64,000 nt of DNA from Psammoneis japonica (lineage: Eukaryota), in the NCBI GenBank assembly GCA_008632985.1, contig QPGO01000053.1:310001-374000 (forward strand), read 5' to 3'. How positions within the stretch are numbered: position 1 is the stretch's first letter; every line of letters begins with the position of its first letter. The notes under the pieces are model-generated. The model searched no databases. It saw only the letters and a list, made by a program, of their open reading frames with translations, and was not told where the DNA came from. Shown here one piece after another: positions 23,257-36,200 of this stretch. A program made the translations under genes and the position numbers.

Positions 23257-24234
23257 TTAACCCACCAATTCGCAATATCGAGCCATGTCGACATTGCCAC
23301 CAGAAACAATCACTCCACAATTACTGCCCGGAGTAATTTCACCAGTCGCGACCATTTTCTTGAGGCCAGCGAGGCCCAAACAACCCGTAGGCTCTACAAT
23401 AAGCTTCATTCGCTCACCAAAGAACTTCATGCCTTCCACAAGCTCTTCATCGCTTACTGTAATGATTTTGTGCACCCGTTGGCGCATGATTTCAAAAGTC
23501 AATTGTCCGAGGTACTGTGTTTGTGCTCCATCGGCGATAGTCTTGGGGGTGGCAATTCGAATGATTTCTCCCTTTTCCATGGACTGTTGGGCATCGTTGC
23601 CGGCTTCGGGCTCCACTCCAACGACTTTGCAATCCGGCGCCAGCTCTCCCGCTGCAAGAGCACAGCCACTAATGAGCCCTCCTCCTCCGACACACACAAA
23701 AAGATAATCCAGCTTGACGCCTCTACTGATAACAGTTTCTAAAAGTTCTTTTCCGGCAGTTCCTTGGCCGGCAATCACATGTTTGTGATCATACGGTGGT
23801 ACAACGACGGCGCCCGTCTCTTGTTGAATTCGGGTCGCAATAGCATTCCGATCCTCTTTATAACGATCGTATGGTACAATATTTCCACCATAACCCTTTG
23901 TGGCTTGTACCTTCATTGCGGGTGCATCTGTTGGCATTATAATTGTTGATTTCATGTTGAGTAGTGATGCACTGAGCGCAATTGCTTGAGCGTGGTTTCC
24001 GCTTGAAAACGTAACAACACCAGCTTTCCTCTGTTCAGGAGTCAGATGGCTGAGAGCATTGAACCCACCACGAAATTTGAAGGCCCCCATTCTTTGAAAG
24101 TTTTCGCACTTGATGAAGACATTCACATTAAGCTGTTTGTTGAGTGTCCGACTTGTTTCAACAGGAGTCACGTTGGAAACTCCCTCCAAGATTTTCGCAG
24201 CCTCCTCGACGTCTTTGTAGGTAGGGAGTTCCAT
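23257..24234 (-). CDS. PLP-dependent threo-3-hydroxy-L-aspartate ammonia-lyase / serine racemase family, copy 2
   Basis: Same motifs as copy 1 (KCENFQRMGAFKFRGG, FSSGNHAQA, PPYDH, TIADGAQTQYLG). Intronless, start MELPTYKD. Confidence 0.93.
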   Translation of the reverse strand: MELPTYKDVEEAAKILEGVSNVTPVETSRTLNKQLNVNVFIKCENFQRMGAFKFRGGFNALSHLTPEQRKAGVVTFSSGNHAQAIALSASLLNMKSTIIMPTDAPAMKVQATKGYGGNIVPYDRYKEDRNAIATRIQQETGAVVVPPYDHKHVIAGQGTAGKELLETVISRGVKLDYLFVCVGGGGLISGCALAAGELAPDCKVVGVEPEAGNDAQQSMEKGEIIRIATPKTIADGAQTQYLGQLTFEIMRQRVHKIITVSDEELVEGMKFFGERMKLIVEPTGCLGLAGLKKMVATGEITPGSNCGVIVSGGNVDMARYCELVG

Positions 24235-24591
24235 TATAACATACCAGTTGCAGATTTTACTGTTTGGTGTCAGCAGCACCTATTTTGGCTTGGACGCGTA
24301 GGAGTAGGACTATGGAGCGACGGTCAACAACGCATTTTTCGATACGCTCATTGCTTCCAGCTTCAAACCACGCACTCGAGCCACGCCGACATTTCTGGCA
24401 TTCGCGCGCGAAATTCTAGTACATAATATATATTCAATTTGTATAAACTTATACCGAATCATTACTAAAGCTACTGTAGAAATGTACATACGGCTCTCCC
24501 AGTATATTTCCACTAAATTATCAAATTTCTCCCTCCGACAACGCTTGCCGATTCTTCCAGCCCCGGCCGCAAAGAAGCAACAGCCGTCGTT

Positions 24592-27500
24592 TCAACCATC
24601 AACACGACGACGCAGCAAAGCGTATTCTACCGTCACACCGGGTCCGAAGGCAAGCACACCGAGATCATCATGGTGTCGTAGCGCGTCTTTGTCCTTCAGA
24701 ATGTCGTGTAAAACAACAAGTGTGGCTGTGCTTCCAAGGTTACCTCGCTGGAAAAAGGTGTTCTCGCACGTACGCAACGCATCATCGGGCCATCCGCGTT
24801 CAACGATAGCCTTGTGGACAGCACCTAAAATCCTGGGTCCGCCGGGGTGGACAGCCATTGCCGGTCGCTTTTCGCCGCCCACGGCGTTTTTGAAGCGATC
24901 GATGATACGACGACCGTTCCCGTTAGAGAAATACTCATAGATGGCAGCCGGGACTTCTTTCGAAAGCTTCATCTTGTAGCCTGTCGCTCGGTCAGGATGA
25001 TCTGGAATTAAGCCCAAAAGGGTCTTGGACTCAGGAATGACGTGACAACCACTCTCACGAAAGCGCCATTCGCCCTCTGGAGCAATAATGGCCGCTCCCG
25101 AGCCATCGCAGAAGAGAGACATGGCAAGAATATCCTCTCGGTCCTGTATCGTTATGTCGTGGTGCGCAGAGGGCACTTCGACCCCAACTACCAGCACACA
25201 GCGCCGTCCCGTATTCCCTTGTCCGTCGTCGAGAACATTGCTTGTGCCTTCTCGAGCTGCGGAGTTATCGGAACCTGCGCGGACAATGTCTCGAGCGGCA
25301 CGCAAACAAGTAGCGGCCGCAAAGCAACCGTTCATGTGAAGCTCCTGCTTCTGAACGTCGTGACGAAGACCCAGCTCCTTGATAAGGTGACCTGCGATTC
25401 CAGGCTCACGCCAACCAGAGGCCGTTGTGGTAATCACGTGAGTAATGTCGGAAGCATTTCCGCGATGAGCTGGATGCGGTTTGGTTGCCCAATCTTCTAG
25501 TGCTGCGCGAGCTGACGCAAGCGATGCCTTTTGTGCCACATCCCACCAGATATCTGATCGCTCCGCACTTGATAGCTCATGAGGTTTCTTCCCCTTCAAA
25601 TGGCTCAGCAAATTCTCGCTGAGCCCAGTAGACGAAGATTCCTTTGTTCCGTGATAGGCGGGTAAAGCGAGATGACGAGTTTGGATCCCAGTGCTCTTCG
25701 CCATCTTATGAGAGAACGAAATTGCGTCGTCGTCTTGACCGAAATCCTCTCTCGCAAATTGAATTGCTTTCATCATTTCATCTGTTGAAACTTGATCACC
25801 AACAAAGCCAACACCTGTTGCAGCAATGTACGCTTCTGGTCTTGACGGCGTAGGGGGCTTGAGCATCGATGCAGCAAGAAATCCGCCAGCCGCAAGGGCT
25901 GCAATGGTCTCCAGACTCCTCGTATCTATCGGTAAACCGTTTTGATGGATCAGTTTTGCCATGACTGCGCCTATAGCTGTACCGGATAGAGCAAGAACTT
26001 GGTGGTTGGTAGGAGAAAGGAGTTGCCCAGCGGGGACAATTTGCTTGACACGATTCCACCCATTTGCCAAAGCTGAAGAAGATGGCGTTTTCAACTCTTT
26101 GGGCTCGAGGCGTCCTATAATATCCGACACCGTGATATGTTCATCCATCAACCACGTCACCGGGAAAGCCTCGGGTTCAAGCGAAAGATTTTCGCACAAC
26201 GCGGTGTGAAGTTCGACTGCTTTCATTGAAGATAGGCCCAACTTTGTCAGCTTATCAGCAGGATCGACTGAGAAGCCAAGCGTGTCTTGGAATGTTTTAT
26301 AAACGACAGCGACATCGAATGCTGCAGCAGAAGTCTTTTTTAATGGCTGATCACGACTCCAGACCAAGATGGTATCCTTCGTTGACCACTGGTTTGAGCG
26401 TGATTTCCTTTGCGTTTCGACGCGCTTGAGCTTGCCGGACGTGGTTTTCGGAATTGTGTGGCTCTGCAGAATGCAAACGTAGCCAAGAGCAACGTCACAG
26501 TTGCTTGAGACCATGCTGCAAAGCTCTTTGGCTGTCGGAGCATCGTAAGAAGTTTTTCCTTTTCGAATCTCAAGCACGAGGCCGACATTGTCTTCCTCGT
26601 TCTGAAAGGCGACAATACATCCAGGGCGTACGGTCTCTGGATATGCCTTTTCGACGGCCCGCTCGATATCAACAGGGAAAACATTGCGTCCATTCAGGAT
26701 AATGACCTCTTTCGAGCGTCCCGTAACGTAGATGTTGTCGTCGACCACCTTTCCTAGGTCGCCAGTCGAAAGCCAATCCCCATCTTCGTCTTGTAACTTG
26801 TTTCGAAACGTTTCGTTGGTAAGCTCTGGCTTGTTCCAGTATCCGTCTGCTACAAGGTATGGGGCGCGGATCCATATCTCACCAATTGTTCCGTCTGCAA
26901 CAGCCTTCGGATTCCCGCTTGTTGAATCTACAACTCGGAGTGCTGCTGGACTGTGAATGGAGGTCGTGCCGTCCACAGGGACACTAGCAACAAGGTTGTC
27001 GTTCACGGTATATTTAGCCCATCCAGCGGCAACACCGAGCTCTGCCATTCCGTAACCAACCCTTGAGATGAAAGAGAAAGCGCCAAGAAAAATGAGATTT
27101 TTGATCGGAAGGAAGAGCGCAAAAAAAAAAGGTTTGAACGTACCGTAGGTATTCTGGTTTGACGCCGAGGACTTCTTTCGCTTGCTCCATCACGGTGGGA
27201 TCGACTGGCTCTGCTGCGTTGATGAGTGTTCTGATCGAAGTCCACTTTTCGTAGTGCTTTCCGCTTTGCTGTAGACGCTTGACCAAGAGACCGTAGGAGA
27301 AATTCGGCGCCAGAGTAGAATGGGCCTTGTACTTGACAACAGCTTCATGCCACAAAAGAGGATTTTGGATGAAATCGATTGGGGAAAAGCTAATGCCGTG
27401 GAACCCAGAGTAGATGGCAGTCATGAAGTATCCCAATAGTCCCATGTCGTGATACTGAGGCAACCATGACACACCGACCTTGGGTTCATCTGGTGAATGA

Positions 27501-28435
27501 AGATCCCCGACGACCATGCAGTTGTGAACGTTGTGAATCAGAGAGCGATGAGAGATGATAACTCCCTTCGGCGATCCTGTAGAGCCCGATGTGTACTGAA
27601 TAAAGGCCGTGCTTTCTTGAGTTGGTAGGCTCTCCTCGTCCACATTGGCGGTCCCGGAGCTCCTGTCGGTCGCGATCCATTTTACCTGAACAAAGCGAAA
27701 ACAAAAGAATGAGTTTCAAATGCGGCTCACAAAAAATGCGTTGTACGATTTTTGCAATGCACCTACACCAAGTCCAGCGCTACCGAATAGTCGAAATCCT
27801 AGATAGAGCTTGAACTTTGTCGTCGTTAAGGCAAAATTTGCTCCGGCATCGTTCACTTGATTTTGGAAGGCTTCCAAATCAGACGCCTTGGCGGGATTGG
27901 GAGGATAAACGCTGCAGGCAATGACCCCTGCCCGCATGCACCCTACAATGCCTGCCAAGAACTCGAGTCCAAATGGGTACGCAATCATGACACGATCGCC
28001 TTGCTGGACTCCATTGGATCGAAGCAAGCTAACGACACCTGTCGACTGCTGCCATAGATCGATGTAGGTCAAATGCTGAGATTCGTTTCCTTTCTCGTCG
28101 AGCCACGTCAAGATGAGACGATTTGGCTGTTTTTCAACGTGAGTCTTGAGGACAGAGACCAACGTGTCGTTCTCCCCCGGAGCGGTCGGTCTTGAATTCG
28201 AAGTCCTCGAGTGACTTTCCTTATCGCTGCTCAGCTCTGGTACTAACATGATAACGTCTCTCGTTGTGACGTTTTCAAAACCGCCACTCTTGTTTGCACT
28301 GTTGTCGGCGGCCGTGAGAGCGTCGGTTGGTGGAGCGCCGTCGCGTGGAGGAGTCGGTGGCGTCGCATTGGATGTTGCGGAAGAAGCTGGAGATAGCGGC
28401 GGCGATAGCCCCGCGTCAATAATGTCGTTGATCAT
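24592..28435 (-). CDS. Fatty acyl-AMP ligase - acyl carrier protein - type III polyketide synthase fusion (~1226 aa)
   Basis: Exons 28435-27767, 27685-27144 and 27061-24592 (81- and 82-bp GT-AG introns, total 3681 nt). FAAL motifs FIQYTSGSTGSPKGV, SWLPQYHDMGL, GYGMAE, TGDLG, GRSKE and PKTTSGK. ACP LGLSSMKAVEL. Type III KS triad MNGC, HPGG and GNLGS, plus LFCDG and AFGPG. Confidence 0.92.
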
Positions 28436-29297
28436 TTTTCAAAATCCAACCGTCAAATCAAAATGACAGCGCGGAGAAACGGCTTTAGAGTCGTCGGAAG
28501 AATGAAAGGCTTGCAGAGGAAATGAGAATGCACGGTGTCTCAACAACACGAACGTTGTCTTGGAACAAGCTGTAAGATGTCTTTATCAAGTGAAAGTCGT
28601 AACAAGTTGTTCTTGTGTCGCTTGACAGTTCTGAAAATTATGTTGTGTTTGGCGGTTTGCTTTGTGCGGCATCCCAAGTTTGGTTTTGGTCGCGGAAGAA
28701 GAAGTGACAGAAAGACGGATGGACGCTCGTGACTGAATACGAATCATTCGAATGCCTCCATTCCCGAAACCTGTTTATCCAACTCGCCACGAAAGATTTT
28801 ACGGGGGCTCATATGACTATATTAACTATATGACATTTAAAATATATGTATTGTTGCGTTCGGTCATTCTCTAAGATATCTTTACTGATTTTATATTAAG
28901 ATATGTAGGTGTTTATATTGATCGAAACCCATACAAATCCGCCGTTCAACGGACGAATCTAACTGTCGCCAACCTGTCGCCACTCCGCGAGGCCACGCAC
29001 AGCAAATTCAACCTTGGACCTTGAGATCGCCGCGTTGGCACTGTTGGCAAGATCGGTTCATTCCCGGCGGTGCTTGTTGTGGTACGACTGTACATCTCGT
29101 GTCGACTTTGCTGCAACGTTAGACCTTAGAATCACTGACAAGAGACCTAGTGAGCTATAGAGAAAACTGAGCTGTTGAGTTGTTCCTACTTGACGAGGAA
29201 ACTACAACTTACGCAGCCACACAAAAACTATACACAACCCAGGTTCAGTTTTGAGAGAAAGCCCCTCCTATTCATTATGCATACTTTCAACCTTATC

Positions 29298-31189
29298 ATG
29301 ACGAGGCTTCTGCTTGCCGCGGTACTTTTTGTATCTGCCATGGCGCAGACGCCAAGTGTGTCTCCATCAATGATGTCGGAGATACCTACCGCTTCACCGA
29401 CTGTTGCTGAATCGGAGAGTCCCACTGATGCGCCTGATACCGATCAACCTACAGTGACTCCCGAGGAACCGAGTAAGTCTCCTACTGATGCCCCTACGAT
29501 CGCGCCTTCGAGTACCCCTACGGTCGCCGCTACTCAAGCTACCACCGCTCCCTCTAGTTCTCCGACCGATGCTCCGACCGGTACTCCAACCGTAGCTCCC
29601 TCTGGTTCGCCAACCGAAACACAAGAGACCGATTCCCCGACAGCCGATATCCCATTGACAGAAGTGCCTAGCGTTTCTCCAACAATCGCCCCATCTGCGG
29701 AGGACACCACCCCTTCAGCAAGTCCGACGGAGACTGCAACAGTGTCCTCGGCACCAACAGCGGAGGTTCCGGAGCCAACTGTCTCACCAACTGGAGTGCC
29801 TACGAGCATGCCGTCGGTTGCTTCTCAAGTCCCATCCATGATGCCCAGCAGCAATGGTACTAGTAGTGGGCCTCCAACCACCACTAGTCCACCAGTCACT
29901 AGTCCTCCAACCACTGCACCACCAACGCCCCCGGTCATAACAGACAGTATTTCTGGATTGAGAATGGGTTTGGTGGGTCTCGTTGAACAGTTCTCCACTT
30001 CAGACTCGGAGCTATGGCAGAATGCAACCAAGGAGTACTTTGAGGGGTTTTACAATGATCGTCGTCGTCGTTTGCTACGCACGTTGCAAGCTGTATCTGT
30101 GGAAAACGTTGAAACCACACTCAAGGTGACTGACACCCAAGTCTTGAACGACCCTGATACTTTGGAAGTTACATATGATCAGGAAGTCTCGTATGTTTCG
30201 GATAGCGGTCCAAATAGTGATTTGACAAACAAGCTGGTATCAGAACCATTTGAGGGTGCAACGAATCAACAGGTTTATGCAAGTGACCTTCGAGCAGCGG
30301 GACGGGCTGCGGGCAATGATGTCTTTGACAATTTGGTTACAACCACGGGTGTTGCACTGCCTGAGGAGTCTAGTGGAGACAGCGGATTGTCTACTGGTGC
30401 CATTATTGGAATTGCATGTGGTGGAGCCGCCGGATTGTTGTTGCTTGGTGGTGGCGCTATGTATTGGAGAAGCAGGAGGAATGCTGGAGGAGCGGCAGCA
30501 GGCTCTGGGTATCTGAAGTCGGATTCGGAAGATGCTCCTCCTCAGTCGTTGTCAGGGTGAGTTTCTGCATTGCAGCGTGGATGTGTCTGTTCGAAGGCGT
30601 TATCTCAAAGTTTCTGCTTTTTTTTCCTTTTAGCGCGCGGAGCGATGAAGTTAGCACTCTTGGAGACCCAAAAACGAAATCTGGAGTGGCATCCGGCGAT
30701 GAGTTTACGGGGTATGGCGATCAAAGTGTGGCCACGGTTGATTATGACTATTCCAAGGCCTATGGAGGAGCTGGAGAATCGGTTTCTTCAGCTGGGGGTA
30801 CCTTTGGTTCCAACACACAGGGACAAGCATCCATGGCTGCAGGCATTGGTGCCGGTGCTGCGCTAGCCGGTGCGGCGGCGTATAGCGACGATGAATCCTT
30901 TGATGCACAATATCGTGGGAATCAGAGAGAAGAAGTAATTGACGTTTACGCTCCATCAGGAAAGCTAGGAGTCGTGATTGATACACCAGACGACGGCCCT
31001 CCCGTGGTCCACGCAATTAAGGATTCTTCTGTGATTGCCGATAAGTTGCAAGTGGGAGATCAGCTTGTTTCTGTGGATGATGAAGACGTTCGATCCATGA
31101 CAGCCATCAAGGTATCGAAGCTCATTTCTCGCAAGAGTGGTAACGCAACCCGGAAGCTAACTGTTATCCGCAGAGTTGCGGCTGAGTAA
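29298..31189 (+). CDS. Type I membrane protein: signal peptide, P/S/T repeats, TM helix, C-terminal PDZ domain
   Basis: Intron 30557-30633. RRRLLRTLQ RxL motif, TM GAIIGIACGGAAGLLLLGG, PDZ APSGKLGVVIDTP…LQVGDQLVSVDDEDV. Alternative ATG at 29277. Confidence 0.9.
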
Positions 31190-31499
31190 AGCTGGATTCG
31201 ATTGTGTTTCGTTCGCTCGCATTTGTGTTGTTTGTTGTGAAGCCATGGTTAAAAAGTTTCTAGATCTCGTGTTAAACTATCAGCCTATCTTGACGTAAAT
31301 GGATTTTACTCTACACAGTAGGGTCCTCTTGCTTTTAAAACGTTGGAGCTCGCTCCTTATCCGTGTAATGACGACCATTTGAGAGGGGAGAGAACTTCTT
31401 TTTTGGCGACAGCGTTGCGAATTTCGTCGAGTGGAGATTACGACGACGCCTCAAGAAGTAGTCTAACGTGCCTTTTCCCAGTCGAAAAGAGGGCAGAAA

Positions 31500-33200
31500 T
31501 CAACTTGGGTGTGCATCTTTGGTTCGTTCTACGTGCAAACCTGACTGCTGTCTCTTAGCAAGCACAACACATTCACTTCCGTCGCCAAAGAAAAGACCAC
31601 CGGTGCCATCCACTCCTTCACATGCCGACTTGAAGGTCACAAGGCATTGAAAGAACTTGTCACAACATGTTCCAATGGGTTCCTTGATGGGGCTTGGGTT
31701 TGGAGATGGCATGGGAGAAAGCATTGGGTAAACGGGCAAATCATTGTTGTCAGCACATTCGCCACCGCGTCCCTGAAAGACTCCACTTGCATCCTCACAG
31801 TTTCCAGGCATCTTGCGCTCACATGTTCCACCAGCAAGAAGGCAGCAGGCACCTTTCCGAGGACAACCTGCACTTTCACAAGTCATGTCATTGCCTTTGC
31901 ACATTCCAGGCTGCAAGGTGCAATCTTCTTCTGAGAGAAGTTTGCATGATTTGTTTGTCTCTGAGTGGCACACCACAAGCTCCTTTCTTCTCTCAATGTT
32001 TTTGAGGGGTGTCAGAGAGGGCATGGCATTGTTGCATGTTGAGTGCTCACCAAGGAAGTGAGCTCCAGCCACACCATTGCAGCTTGACTCTGTGACTTTG
32101 TCAATGCACTCTCCTTCAGGATTGCAGCATGCTCCCGGGACCAGTGGGGTGCCTGTTGGGCTGGGGGGTTGTGGGATGGTGTGGGAAAAAGTGTCGGGCA
32201 AATGCAGGTGGGCAAATCATTCTGTTCTGCAGAAGACTGCACTCTCAATGGGGGAGGCACATGCCAAGGAGGAGATGGCAAGATGTTCAGTGATGATGTG
32301 TTTTGCCCCCAGGGACTGGAGCTTGCTGCTTTGCCAATGCAGCTTGTGAAAGGAAAACTTTGTTCATTTGGGAAACCAGCCCCCTCTTTTACAACTGCAG
32401 GAGGCATTGGAGAGGGAGCAGGAAAAGGGGCAGGAGACAGCATCAGGCAGATTGATGCCCTGTTGTCACCATTGCATCCACTGCTGTGGCCCTCAAAGAC
32501 TCCATTCATGGAGCTGCACATCTCAAAAGTCTTGTGCAGCCACAAACCCCATTGGCAATGCAACAGGCTCCTTTTCTTTGACAACCTGCAAGCTGGCACA
32601 ATGTGCCATCTCCTTGGCATGCTCCCCACCCAAAGTGCAATCTGCCTTGGAATGAAGCTTGCATCTGTTGCTTCTGAAGGGCAAGCAACAAGCTCCTTCT
32701 CTGGGATGCAGCACAGGAGAGGGCACAGGAGACTCATCTGGGAGGGTGTCCGGCAAATTTGTGACAACTCATTGTCATCCACATGTTCCCTGCTCCTGTG
32801 ACCCTGAAAAACTCCACTCCTCTGGTGCATTGCCCCAATGCAGTCTTCTCAAAAGTTCTGTCAGCAAGAAGACAGCCCACAATTTTCCTGGGGCAATGTG
32901 CAGTGTCATCTCCCTTGCATCCTTCACTTTGGCTTGAGAAGTGCAGTCTTTCTCTGAGAGAATGCCACACTTGTCAGCTCCAAATGGCAAACAGCATGTG
33001 CCCTCCATGTCCAAGGGAGGTCCCACCTTGGCAATTGTGATCACACTGTGGCAGCTCACAACTTCCTGGGCAACACCTCTGCACACCTTCATGCGTTGGG
33101 AGTGTTGCTGGTGCCAGGGACTGAACAGCATGTCCCATGTCACCACCAAACTTGATCTGATGCATCTCACTCTCCTTTTCTGCAGCTTTGCACAAAAACT
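31500..33200 (-). pseudogene. Degenerate paralog of the GACC-repeat protein
   Basis: GACC/GTCC repeats with Pro-rich linkers are scattered over several frames (e.g. GACCLPFRSNRC vs intact GACCLKFGDNRC). Lies inside the TpA-depleted domain. Confidence 0.8.
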
Positions 33201-36200
33201 CCCTTGTCAGGGGCTCAAACAGCTAAAACTGGGCAAAGGAACAGTGCCATGAAGTCAACATCCCAGCAGCTGTTTGTCCATGCACTCCAGCTTTCCTTTT
33301 CACCTCCTGGCAAGTGTGTGTCTTGCCCGTGGCATTTTTTGGACAGTTTGTGAGGCAGAAGAGAGTTGCAAAAAACAATGCATGGAAGTGGGGGTCATTG
33401 CACCACAGTTTTTTGTTGCCATCAACCCACAGGGCCCACTCTCCATGGCATGTGAGGTGCTGCAAAAGAGATGTTGACAATGACAGATGAAACTCTCATG
33501 AATTTTGCACACCACACACACCATGTGCAAAATGCTGCAAGAAGGAGGGAAAGAAACAAGGGGGGGGGGGGGGGGGGAGCACAAAGGTGCTGTGCAGCTG
33601 TGAACCCCACGGCAGTGAAACAAGGTTCATTGAGCATGATTTTTGGTGCAATTTTCAGCACCAGGCATTCTTTTGTCATCCTTGCCTGCCAGCCAGAGCT
33701 TGCATTTTTTTTGGCTTGTGTTGGCAACAAGCATTCATTGTGACAAATTGACAAAAATGTTCACTTTGTGCATGTCCCTGCACACACAAAGGTTTTCATT
33801 CAATTAGAGCAGGAAATGTGGCAGGCCAAATTGGTGCTCATGGGAGACTCACCACAGGCTGTGCAGACTGTGCACCTGGAGATGTTCCACTGCATGATGG
33901 CATGCAGCACAGATGCATTGGCACAGCACCTGAGGCTGCTCAAAAACACCTGGCTGCAGGCTTGAATTTTGTGTGCAGCAGATCTGTCACACTTGGTGTT
34001 TCACACTTGAGGGGAGGAGGAGCTCCCATCAGAGAGTGCTGCTGCTCACCCTGTGACAACACTCAGCTGACTTGGACACATCTCTTTCTCCCACTGGAGC
34101 ACAGTTGCAAGTGCAATGCAAGTGTGCAACAAACACAATTGACACGCCTTTTGGGAATGCACCACATTGAGGAATGAGTGGAAACTCTCATTGACTGCAA
34201 CTGAAATTGCCAGAGAATGTGCTGCCAATCAACCAACACCAAAAATGGCTCACTGACATGGCCTGCTCTCTGGACTGTCATTGTTGTGCAATGCAAGTTT
34301 GCAAGAAATGCAGGTGGTTGGCCCTTTGAAGGCACTGCATTGGGCAAAAAGTGGAAGCTGTTTTGTTGGCTGCGTCAAAGTGTGAAATTCTTTGTTTGCT
34401 GGAGCTGCCAAAAGCCCTGGTTTTTTAAGTGCAGAACTTGTCACTTTTGTTGACATGAAAGTTGGCAAGAAAGATTTCTTGGATGATCTGCTTCTGTCCC
34501 TTCCTGGTGCTGTCATTGAAAGACAGCCTTTGCATGATGCAAAGCTTTCAACTCAAGAAAACAAAAAAGTTAAAGCTCAAGCTGTGAGTGGCTGCAATCT
34601 CACACAGAAAAACTCTGATCTAAAAAATCACATGGCTTGACTTTGGCAGAGCATTGTGCATGACAGCCAAAGGAACAGTGAGTTTGAGATCATTGCAGCT
34701 CAAGGTTTGATTGTCAAGTTTGCCAGTTGAAATGAGCCCAGGGCCACTTTCATGGCAAAGAACTGGTGGGAGAAGAGCAGCAGTTGTGGCTTTGCTCAAT
34801 TGAAGTTTCAACTCAAGGTGTGTGACTTTTGTCACACTCAATCCACAGTGCGTGCATTGAGTGAGAAGTTTTGATGCAAACCATGATTTTTTCTTTGCCC
34901 AATGTGTTGTGCTCTCTTGTTTCTTGCAGCAAAGACACACAAGTGACATGCAAAGGAGGGGAGGGGGAACAAGCAAGCCAACTGGCAGGCAAGGAAAGTG
35001 TGTGTTGTGAGCTCATTGTTTTCACACTCAGAAGGTGAACTCCTCCAAGAGTTTTCTGTGCTTTTTGCTGGACCCGGCTTCTGTGTGGACATGACAAACC
35101 ACCTTGTTGGGCTCAACAAAGCTCAGCAGCAGACTCACCTTCAACACCACCAACTCCAAGAGCTTGAGAGTTTGCACAGCTTTCAGGCTTTGCTTTTGGA
35201 GGGTTCAAAGACTCCGAGAACAAATGTCCTCTGTCACAAGGCCACAGCAACAAGTCATGCTGTGCAGGTCAAGGAAAGCTTTTAGGGCCAGCCTGGCATC
35301 AATGCCTTTTGAGCACCACCTCTTGGTTGGTGTTTTGTTGTGGCCCCTGGCTCAACAAAGCTTGTCAATGGGGGCAACATGCTTCAGGAGCAGCAGCATC
35401 AATGAAGTGCAGCTGGTGGGTTGTTTGCAAGGTGTGCTTGAAGGGGCCAAAGCTTCTGGCACACATGTGCTCCAAGTTTGATGTGTGCCCTTGCTGCGGC
35501 ACATGGTGTTGGAGCAACTGAAGCTGATGGCAGAAGCAAGAATGACAGCTTTGTTGCTTGCCAACCCTGCAGCCTTTCCAAGTGGTCAAAAAGGTGTGCA
35601 CTGCCTGTCTTCAATGATGGCCCATTGTCACAGCTCTCTCTCAAATGTCAGCACAGCTTGCACACAGATGCAAGAAGCACAAGTGGCAGTTAGAGCAATG
35701 TCAGGCAGCAACAGTGCACAAAGCAGCAGTGCATCAGCTTGCTGCTCTGGAGCAGTGCCGGCACAACACAAGATGGAGGCTCTTGTTTTGGGTGCAGCAA
35801 GGCACTTTGCTTGTCAAGGACCATCAAAGCACTTTGCAAAAGCCCAAGGATTGAGGCTTTGTGCTGCAATTTTTGCAAAGGTTGCTGTGCCAGAAGGAGC
35901 AATGTCACCTTCTTGAGCAATGGAAGGGCTGTTGGCAGCTTGGTCAGAGGTGCTGCTGGAGGGAGCTGCAGCTGTTGCAGTTTCAGCCAGCATGAGTTGG
36001 GGGGCAAAGTGGCACCCTTGGAGAAGACTCTTTTTGGCAAAGTCAAAGTGCAGTTTTTTATGACTTGTGTTGGTGGGAAACTTCAAATTTTGGTCTTGTG
36101 ACACATCAAATCTCATTGCCATTTTTGCCTGCAGATTTTTTTTTATTTTGGGAAGCTGAGATTTCATGTTTGCTCACATTTTCAATTTGTGTGTGATGGT

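Noticed and set aside
33560..33577. 18-nt poly-G tract as a functional G-quadruplex
   Set aside because: An isolated homopolymer in degenerate DNA with no supporting context.
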